DNA of 32,962 nucleotides, filler included, from Occultella glacieicola (lineage in GTDB: Bacteria; Actinomycetota; Actinomycetes; Actinomycetales; Beutenbergiaceae), in the NCBI RefSeq assembly GCF_004353825.1. It is 2 parts of 2 records of this genome, joined end to end, with 100 filler letters (N's around TTAATTAATTAA, not from the genome) between each part and the next. Parts side by side here need not be neighbours in the genome. Positions count along the whole stretch, not along the records: positions 21,943 to 32,962 come from NZ_SMNA01000023.1; 1 more part is not named here. One strand, written 5' to 3'. The notes under the pieces were generated by a model. That model ran no database searches. It worked only from the letters and a program-made list of their open reading frames with translations, and was not told where the DNA came from. Shown here piece after piece: positions 26,225-32,962 of the stretch; within the stretch, counting starts at the first letter, position 1; each line of letters opens with the position of its first letter. The position numbers were made by a program, and so were the translations under genes.

Positions 26225-26794
26225 TCAGGCGCGCGGGGCGGCGGCTGAACTCTCGGGGGACGGGAGGTCGGCGTCGGCCGAGGCGTCCTCGTCGGTGACG
26301 TTCGTGAACACCCAGTACCGATAGGCGAGGTAGCGGAAGATGGTGCCGAGCACGAGTCCGACCCCGTTCGCGGAGATGTTGTCCGCGAGCGGCGAGGTGA
26401 AACCGAGCAGGTAGTGGGAGACCGCGAGGCAGCCGACGCCGATCGCCATGCCGACCACGTTCACGAGCGCGAACTGCATGAGTTCCCGGCTGCGCGCAGC
26501 GGCCGTCTCCCGGCTGCGCTTGGCCGCGAACGTCCAGTACCGGTTGCCCAGCCACGCCACGACCACCGCCACCGCGACCGAGATCACCTTCGCAGTCAGC
26601 GGCTTGTGCCCGAGCAGCTCCCCGGGACCGAACCGAAGCAGGTTGAACAACCCCGTGTCGACCACGAACGCGAGAAGTCCGACCGCTCCGAACCGCATCA
26701 TCTCGGTGAACCAGGACCACATCCGGGCCCGGTCGCGCCAGATCGGCACGGCTCGGGACGACTGCGTCGGAGCCGCGGATCGGGACGGGGTCAC
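26225..26794 (-). CDS. GtrA family membrane protein
   Basis: RFGAVG..VDTGLFNLL, WLGNRYWTF, FRYLAYRYWVF; GTG start 6 nt after TATCCT (alternative ATG 26722). Confidence 0.87.
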   Translation of the reverse strand: MTPSRSAAPTQSSRAVPIWRDRARMWSWFTEMMRFGAVGLLAFVVDTGLFNLLRFGPGELLGHKPLTAKVISVAVAVVVAWLGNRYWTFAAKRSRETAAARSRELMQFALVNVVGMAIGVGCLAVSHYLLGFTSPLADNISANGVGLVLGTIFRYLAYRYWVFTNVTDEDASADADLPSPESSAAAPRA

Positions 26795-26828
26795 CCCACG
26801 AGGATACCCGCCATTACGCTGGACCCCC

Positions 26829-27962
26829 ATGGGACCAGTGGTAGCCGTCGTCGGGGGCGGGCAGTTGGCACGCATGATGGCCGAGCCGGCGGGTGCGCTG
26901 CAGATCCGGCTGCGCGCCCTCGTGGAGGCGGCCGACGGTGCGGCGGCGCAAGTCATCCCGGACGCTCCGGTGGGTGCGGCGGACGACCTCGAGGCGGTCG
27001 TCGCGGTCGCGGCGGGCGCTGACGTGCTCACGTTCGAGCATGAGCACGTGCCACAGGACCTGCTCACCCGGCTGATCGCCGACGGCGTGAACATCCAGCC
27101 CGGCCCGGGAGCGCTGCGCCACGCCCAGGACAAGATCGTCATGCGCACCCGGCTCACCGAGCTCGGGGTGCCGTGCCCGCGGTGGGCCGCCGTCGCCACC
27201 CCGGAGGAACTGACCGCGTTCGGCGACCGGGTCGGCTGGCCGGTGATCGCGAAGACCCCGGTGGGCGGCTACGACGGCAAGGGCGTGCTCGTGGTCCATG
27301 ACGCCACGGAGGCGGCCCACTGGCTCGACGGCGACCACGGCCAGATCCTCGTGGAGGAGCGGGTCGGCTTCCGGCGTGAGCTGGCCGCCCTCGTCGCCCG
27401 GCGGCCGAGCGGGCAGATGGCCACCTGGCCGGTGGTCGAGACCATCCAGGAGAACGGCGTCTGCGCCGAGGTGGTCGCCCCGGCGCCGGACCTGCCCGAG
27501 CACGTCGCCGAGGACGCGCTCGACGTCGCCCGCACGATCGCCGAGGGCCTGGACGTGACCGGGGTGCTCGCCGTCGAGATGTTCGAGGCAGCCGACGGCG
27601 TGCTGCTCGTCAACGAACTCGCGATGCGCCCGCACAACAGCGGCCACTTCAGCCTGGACGGCTCGGTGACCAGCCAGTTCGAGCAGCACCTGCGGGCGGT
27701 GCTCGACCTGCCGCTCGGCGACACCAGTGCGACCGCGCCGTGGTCGGTCATGGTGAACCTGCTCGGCTCCGAGCTCGCGGACCCGGCCTCGGCCTACCCG
27801 GACCTGATGGCGGCCTTCCCCGACGCGAAGGTGCACCTGTACGGAAAGTCGGTCCGACCGGGCCGCAAACTCGGCCACGTGACGGTGACCGGCACGGACC
27901 TCGCCGAGGTCCGCCGTCGGGCCCGTGCCGGCGCCGCCATCCTGGGAGGGACCCCCGCATGA
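26829..27962 (+). CDS. purK: N5-carboxyaminoimidazole ribonucleotide synthase
   Basis: [49 protein letters not shown]. Confidence 0.97.
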   Translation: MGPVVAVVGGGQLARMMAEPAGALQIRLRALVEAADGAAAQVIPDAPVGAADDLEAVVAVAAGADVLTFEHEHVPQDLLTRLIADGVNIQPGPGALRHAQDKIVMRTRLTELGVPCPRWAAVATPEELTAFGDRVGWPVIAKTPVGGYDGKGVLVVHDATEAAHWLDGDHGQILVEERVGFRRELAALVARRPSGQMATWPVVETIQENGVCAEVVAPAPDLPEHVAEDALDVARTIAEGLDVTGVLAVEMFEAADGVLLVNELAMRPHNSGHFSLDGSVTSQFEQHLRAVLDLPLGDTSATAPWSVMVNLLGSELADPASAYPDLMAAFPDAKVHLYGKSVRPGRKLGHVTVTGTDLAEVRRRARAGAAILGGTPA

Positions 27963-28492
27963 GCACGAACCGAACCGTCGCCGTCGTGATGGGCTCCGAC
28001 TCGGACTGGCCGGTGATGAAGGAGGCCGCAGACGCCCTCGCGGAGTTCGGACTCGAACCCGAGGTGGACGTGATCTCGGCGCACCGGATGCCCCAGGACA
28101 TGATCGCGTTCGGGCAGGAGGCCGCGGGCCGCGGGATCGGCGTGATCATCGCCGGCGCCGGGGGAGCCGCCCACCTGCCGGGGATGCTCGCCGCCGTCAC
28201 GCCGTTGCCCGTGATCGGGGTGCCGGTACCGCTGAAGCACCTGGACGGGATGGACTCGCTGCTGTCGATCGTGCAGATGCCGGCCGGGGTGCCCGTGGCC
28301 ACCGTGTCCGTCGGCGGTGCCCGCAACGCCGGGCTGCTCGCGGTGCGGATCCTCGCCGCGGGGGCCGACGACGGTGCCGCAGCCCTCCGCGAGAAGATGG
28401 TCACGTTCCAGGAGGGGTTGCGTCAGGCGGCGCTGGACAAGGGCGCGCGCCTGCGCGCCTCGCGCACGCAGCGCACCGGCTTCGGCGTCTGA
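27959..28492 (+). CDS. purE: N5-CAIR mutase
   Basis: [43 protein letters not shown] overlap with purK. Confidence 0.97.
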   Translation: MSTNRTVAVVMGSDSDWPVMKEAADALAEFGLEPEVDVISAHRMPQDMIAFGQEAAGRGIGVIIAGAGGAAHLPGMLAAVTPLPVIGVPVPLKHLDGMDSLLSIVQMPAGVPVATVSVGGARNAGLLAVRILAAGADDGAAALREKMVTFQEGLRQAALDKGARLRASRTQRTGFGV

Positions 28493-28528
28493 TCCAGACG
28501 GTATTCGGGACGACGGGGTCCACATGTC

Positions 28529-29239
28529 ATGTTGACCAGTCTGGTCCTCGGGGTCGTGGGCATGAACGCCTTCGCGCTCGTGCTGATCCTGGTGCGCGCC
28601 CCGATGTTCCACGCGCGGCTCTACACGCCGATGCTCTGGAACGTGACGCTGTCGGTCGCGCCGGTGCTCCTGATGGGGCTGCTGCTGGTGGTCGTGCCGC
28701 TGCTGGTCGGGGTGCAGGTGTGGCTCGCCGTGGTCGCCGGAGTGATCCTCGGGGTGGGCTGGCTGCTCCTGCTGCCGAACGCCGGCTACCTGATCACGGA
28801 GCTGAACATGTCCCACCGGCGCGAGGAGGAGACCGTGCCGATGTGGTTCGACGTGGTACAGGTGATCTCGCTCGCGATGTCCGGGGTGCTGAACACCGTC
28901 CTCAACGTGTTCCTCGCGCAACTGTTGTTCGTGCTACTCGTCTACGGTGACGTGGCCGCCCCGCTGCAGGCGCCGGTGCCCCGGCTGATCGTGGTCGCGA
29001 TCCTGCTCGCGGTCTCGTTCGGCATGTACCTCGGTCGGCACGTGCGGCTGAACAGCTGGGACGTACGGCACCCGACGTCGCTGGTGCGCAAGGTGGCCAC
29101 CCACCTGCGTGGGCCCGGACGGTTGCGCAGCGTCACCGCGTTCGTGGTCCTCTACACGGTGTTCCTCGGCCTGATGTATCTGGCCGTGGCCGGTCCGGTG
29201 GTCGAGGGGCTCGTGCTGCTCGAGGTGCAGCGCGGCTGA
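28529..29239 (+). CDS. DUF1361-like membrane protein
   Basis: MLWNVTLSVAP, WLLLLPNAGYLITEL, GMYLGRHVRLNSWD. Confidence 0.75.
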   Translation: MLTSLVLGVVGMNAFALVLILVRAPMFHARLYTPMLWNVTLSVAPVLLMGLLLVVVPLLVGVQVWLAVVAGVILGVGWLLLLPNAGYLITELNMSHRREEETVPMWFDVVQVISLAMSGVLNTVLNVFLAQLLFVLLVYGDVAAPLQAPVPRLIVVAILLAVSFGMYLGRHVRLNSWDVRHPTSLVRKVATHLRGPGRLRSVTAFVVLYTVFLGLMYLAVAGPVVEGLVLLEVQRG

Positions 29240-29264
29240 GCACCGGGTGGGCCACCGGAGCGGT

Positions 29265-30041
29265 TCAGGCAGCGGTCGTCGACGCCGGGACCTCGGCCGG
29301 GACGAAGAACGCTCGCGGACCGGACCCCAGCTCGAGGACCCGCAACATCCGCAGCGCGGCCACGATGGCCACGACGCAAGCGCTCATCTCGAGCCCCTCC
29401 TCCAGGGCCGTCACCGCGGCGTACGCGGCGCCCACGCCGTAGGCGCCCTCGATCCACCCGGAGAAGGCCTCGACCACCACGGCCCCCAGTCCGTACATGA
29501 GCACTGCGATCCGGAGCAGCCACGCCGTCCGGTGTGGTTTCCGCGCGGTCCACCACCAGACCAGCGCGATCCCGCCGAGCGCGATCACCAGGCCGGGCAG
29601 CACCCAGGAGTAGGTGGGCAGCGACGCGGGGGTGTTCTCGACGAGCCAGGCACCCACCGCCCGCAGCCGCTCGTGCAGCTTGAGCACCTCGTCGGTGGCC
29701 AGGGCCAGGGCCAGCACCGCGGCGACGATCCAACCGAGGCGCCCGTGGCGCGGATTCAGCCCCGCGACGAGCAGGCACGCGGTGCCCACCCCGAGCAGCA
29801 GTGACGCGTTCCACATCGTGGGAAGATTGGTCTCGAGGTTCACGTCGAACAGGCCGACGTACGGCGCCGGGCGTTCGGGCGTCGAGAGGGCCTTCAGGAC
29901 CAGGTTGATCGCGACCAGGGCGAGGGTGCCGCCCATGAGTGCGGCGATCAGCACGCGCAGGTCCAGGTCCCGGGCGCCGTCCTCGGGTGGGGTCGGCTCG
30001 GCGCCGGACGGGGCTCGACCGTCCTCGGTCTGGTTGCTCAT
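29265..30041 (-). CDS. Multi-pass membrane protein of unknown function
   Basis: ATG 30041 with AGGAG RBS; FDVNLETNLPTMWN, DEVLKLHE, EEGLEM; about 7 TM segments. Confidence 0.75.
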   Translation of the reverse strand: MSNQTEDGRAPSGAEPTPPEDGARDLDLRVLIAALMGGTLALVAINLVLKALSTPERPAPYVGLFDVNLETNLPTMWNASLLLGVGTACLLVAGLNPRHGRLGWIVAAVLALALATDEVLKLHERLRAVGAWLVENTPASLPTYSWVLPGLVIALGGIALVWWWTARKPHRTAWLLRIAVLMYGLGAVVVEAFSGWIEGAYGVGAAYAAVTALEEGLEMSACVVAIVAALRMLRVLELGSGPRAFFVPAEVPASTTAA

Positions 30042-30145
30042 GGTGAACTCCTGTGGCGCCGCTGATCGGTTGACGATAACGCGTGCGCGGACCGTCGGTG
30101 GCCTGCCACTCCGGTGCTCACGCCGGGCAGGCTCACCCGTGCGAC

Positions 30146-30583
30146 TCAGGCGGCCGGCGTCACCACGTAGACCACCTGGGTGTCGGAGGCGATCAGCTTG
30201 ACGTCGTAGGCGTCGGAGCTGAGTTGGCCGATGAGTCCGCCGTCGTGGGTGATCACGTTGTCCACCGTGAAACCGGCCTCCTCCAGGGCGGTGCGGGCAG
30301 CGGCGCCGGAGTCCGTCGCGGACACCAGGGCCACCCACGTGGTGGTGCCGTCGGCGTCTGTGCGCGCCGCCCCGCGGGTCTGGCCCTCCACCACGACGAC
30401 GTCCGCGGGGAAGCCCTCGGGCAGCCCGTCGCTGAGGTCGAGGCCGTCCACGGCCTCCTCGATGGCGCGCTCGACGGCGTCCCCGGCGGCTCCGGAGATC
30501 GCGTCGCAGCCGGCGACGGCTCCGGTGGCGAGCAGCGCCAGCAGCAGGGCGCCGAGTCGGCGCCGGACCTCGAGGTGTCTCAT
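30146..30583 (-). CDS. Putative lipoprotein
   Basis: MRHLEVRRRLGALLLALLATGAVAG-C lipobox; LPEGFPADV. Confidence 0.75.
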   Translation of the reverse strand: MRHLEVRRRLGALLLALLATGAVAGCDAISGAAGDAVERAIEEAVDGLDLSDGLPEGFPADVVVVEGQTRGAARTDADGTTTWVALVSATDSGAAARTALEEAGFTVDNVITHDGGLIGQLSSDAYDVKLIASDTQVVYVVTPAA

Positions 30584-30668
30584 GACGGCGATTCTACGGT
30601 TGCTGCCGGGTAGTCCTGCCCGTGGTCGGCTCGCACGCCCGGGCGCCGGTTCCACTAGGTTCCGGACC

Positions 30669-31388
30669 ATGCCTAGCTTGTCTGTTGCCACGCTCCAGCA
30701 GGAGCTCAGTGATCCCAACGTCTTCGCCAAGCGGGTCAAGGTCACTCGCGGCTCCACCGGACTCGCCGCCCTGTGCCTGATGATCGCTGCGGTGCTGGCC
30801 CTGTGGAACCTGCGCTCCACGCTGCGCACGCTCGACAACGACCTGTCCGCCATCGGGTCGGCACGGTTCTGGACCGTGTTCTGGTCCACCAACGGCGCGG
30901 ACCAGGTGGTCTCCTACTGGCTGTACGCGGTGGTCTACGGCCCGGTGGTGCTGGGCGTCATCGGGCTCCTCGCGCTCGCGTACTCCCTGGTCTCGCGCCG
31001 AGCGGCCCAGCGCGCGCTCTACGAGGACTTCCGACGGCGCGGGTACGTGGCCATCGGCACCCCGATCGGGCTCAGCGTGCGCGTGGACCGCAAGAGCCCG
31101 CCGCGCGAGGTGCACCTGCTCAGCCACCCCTCGTTCAGCGAGCAGGCGAACCTGGAACTGGCGCAGTCGATCCAGGGTCAGGTGTTCCACGGCGGGCCGC
31201 GGGTCACCCAGTGGGAGAAGGACCTGCGCCAGGCCGGTGTGCTGGCCCGGCCGGTGCCGGCCGACCGGTTCTTCCCTGGTACCCCGCCGGGGCCGATGCT
31301 CGGAACCGGGGAGAAACTCCACAGCGGCGTCGTGGTGATCGACTCCGAGAAGCCGGGCGGCAAGCCCGCCTCGTACCCCCTGCGCTGA
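30669..31388 (+). CDS. Hypothetical membrane protein (2 TM)
   Basis: ATG 30669 7 nt after TAGGTT; two hydrophobic segments; GC3-rich codons. Confidence 0.65.
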   Translation: MPSLSVATLQQELSDPNVFAKRVKVTRGSTGLAALCLMIAAVLALWNLRSTLRTLDNDLSAIGSARFWTVFWSTNGADQVVSYWLYAVVYGPVVLGVIGLLALAYSLVSRRAAQRALYEDFRRRGYVAIGTPIGLSVRVDRKSPPREVHLLSHPSFSEQANLELAQSIQGQVFHGGPRVTQWEKDLRQAGVLARPVPADRFFPGTPPGPMLGTGEKLHSGVVVIDSEKPGGKPASYPLR

Positions 31389-31402
31389 CGCTCGCGGCGG
31401 TC

Positions 31403-31822
31403 TCAGCCCAGTCCCAGCAGCGGACCCTCGATCGCCGGGCAGGTGTCCATCACGACGTCCAGTCCGGCGGCCTCGGCCCGCTGGGCCGCGGCCTCGTCGA
31501 CGATGTCCAGCTGTAGCCAGACGGCCTTGGCCCCACGGGCGATGGCCTGGTCCACGACGTCGCCGGCGAGCGAGGCGTTCACGAACACGTCGACGACGTC
31601 GATGTCGCCGGGGATGTCCGCGAGTCTCGCATAGCCCGGTTCGCCGTGCACGGTCTCGGCCTTCGGGTGCACCGGTACGATCCGCTGACCGAGCACCCGC
31701 TGCAGGTACCGGGACACGCCGTACGCGGCCCGCGCGGTGTTCGAGGACAGGCCCACGACCGCCCAGCGGCCCGGAGTGGTGAGCAGCCGCCGGACGACGG
31801 CGGGATCGTTGGTGTGCGTCAT
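31403..31822 (-). CDS. CoA-binding protein (YccU-like)
   Basis: WAVVGLSSN..RAAYGV, PVHP, DVVDVF, AVWLQL, VVMDTCP. Confidence 0.9.
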   Translation of the reverse strand: MTHTNDPAVVRRLLTTPGRWAVVGLSSNTARAAYGVSRYLQRVLGQRIVPVHPKAETVHGEPGYARLADIPGDIDVVDVFVNASLAGDVVDQAIARGAKAVWLQLDIVDEAAAQRAEAAGLDVVMDTCPAIEGPLLGLG

Positions 31823-31907
31823 GGCGTCCAGCGAACCACAGTGCGCGGGTCCGGGCCTGCCGGCTCCGGTCCGGCTCGGGCCCGGTCAGGGTCGGGCCTG
31901 GTCCGGT

Positions 31908-32962
31908 TCAGGTCTGGTTCAGGTCCGCCGTGGTGACCGTGCCATCGGCCACCGACGCGAAGAACGCGTCCACGCGGTCGGGATCGAGCCGGACGGTCTC
32001 GCCGATCCCGCCGGGCCGGTAGGCCAGGTCGGCGATCGGCGGGGCACCCCGGACCCCGTCGGCGCCAGTGGCGGCGCGGAACGCGAGGGCCATCTGGGCC
32101 ATGTCGATGATGCCCGTGTCCTCATCGACGAGCAGGGCGGCCAGGCCCGCGTCGGCGAGGCGTACCTGCTCGCCCGGCTGGAACGCCAGGGAGGGCTGCG
32201 CGACGGCGGAGGTCACCGCCTGGATCACCTGCTGTTGGCGCTGGGTGCGGCCGATGTCGCCGAGCGGGTCCGCCTTGCGCATCCGCGCGAAGGCCAGGGC
32301 CGTCTCGCCGTCGGCCACGTGACAGCCGGCCGTCCACTCCAGGCCGCTGTCCGCATCGCTGACGTCGTAGTCGAGGCAGAGTTCCACACCGCCGACGGCG
32401 TCGACGATGTCCGCGACCCCGCCCATCCCGATCTCGATGTAGTGGTCCACCTCGATGCCGGTGAGGCCCTCGACGGTGGCGACCAGCAGCTCGGGCCCCC
32501 CGAACGAGAACGCGGCGTTGAGCTTGTTCGGGCCGTAACCGGGGATCTCGACGAACGTGTCCCGGGGCAGCGAGATCATCGAGGTCGCCCCGCTCGGCGG
32601 CACCGTGATCAGGATCATCGTGTCGGCGCGCTGGCCGGCGGTGGTGTCGCCGCCCAGTTGACCGTCGGCGCGCGAGTCCGAACCGGCCAGCAGGTACGTG
32701 GTGCCGGCCGTGCTCAGGGTGCTGGCGGCGAGCGCGTCGGTGTGCTGGATCTTCCCGTTCGCCCAGATCAGCAGTCCGACCGGCCACGCCATCACCAGAA
32801 CCAGCACGATGACGAGGACCGCGACGATCCGGCGGCCACGGCGTCGCGGTCGACGGGCCTTCGGGGCAATCTCGGCGCCGCCGGTCGGGCCGGTGCCGCC
32901 GGGCGGCCGGGTGCCGCCGCCAGGGGTGGGGCCGTCACCGCGGCGCGGCGGGCGCCGCGCGG
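31908..32962 (-). CDS. LCP (LytR-CpsA-Psr) family protein; 5' end outside window
   Basis: LLAGSDSR, RADTMIL, SLPRDT, KLNAAF, ALAFARMRK, DIGRTQRQQ; frame is open to the window end. Confidence 0.93.
   Translation of the reverse strand, partial: ARRPPRRGDGPTPGGGTRPPGGTGPTGGAEIAPKARRPRRRGRRIVAVLVIVLVLVMAWPVGLLIWANGKIQHTDALAASTLSTAGTTYLLAGSDSRADGQLGGDTTAGQRADTMILITVPPSGATSMISLPRDTFVEIPGYGPNKLNAAFSFGGPELLVATVEGLTGIEVDHYIEIGMGGVADIVDAVGGVELCLDYDVSDADSGLEWTAGCHVADGETALAFARMRKADPLGDIGRTQRQQQVIQAVTSAVAQPSLAFQPGEQVRLADAGLAALLVDEDTGIIDMAQMALAFRAATGADGVRGAPPIADLAYRPGGIGETVRLDPDRVDAFFASVADGTVTTADLNQT

Noticed and set aside
31845..31925. Short CCGG/GGTCC-rich repeats between the CoA-binding and LCP genes
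   Set aside because: Degenerate low-complexity sequence with no consistent unit or supportable function.

Overview
Very GC-rich actinobacterial DNA (gene content and order suggest a Micrococcales-like organism; inference). It is two pieces joined by an artificial 100-nt linker (N44-TTAATTAATTAA-N44, 21843-21942). The left piece opens with a type VII secretion (ESX) locus: a WXG100 pair, a WXG-like helical protein, two mycosin proteases, eccD, eccB and a repeat-rich substrate-like gene running off the window. Next come a doubly frameshifted AAA-family kinase gene, rarD, a ferredoxin-NADP reductase, htpX, yajQ, tRNA-Tyr/Thr/Met, rpmG, two MaoC dehydratases, a LacI/MFS pair, murB, an alpha/beta hydrolase and adenosine deaminase. 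It ends in an accessory module: an APH-like phosphotransferase plus two paralogous exported Pro/Ala/Ser/Thr-rich proteins, each preceded by the same ATGAGAG-N2-CTCTCAT palindrome. The right piece holds birA, a class III adenylate cyclase, a DraR/DraK-like two-component system, a GtrA protein, purK-purE, several membrane or lipoprotein genes, a CoA-binding protein and an LCP protein. The most notable signals are the three-copy operator module, the dual-mycosin ESX cassette, a probable CTG start codon and widespread leaderless starts. All calls come from reading the sequence; no searches were run.
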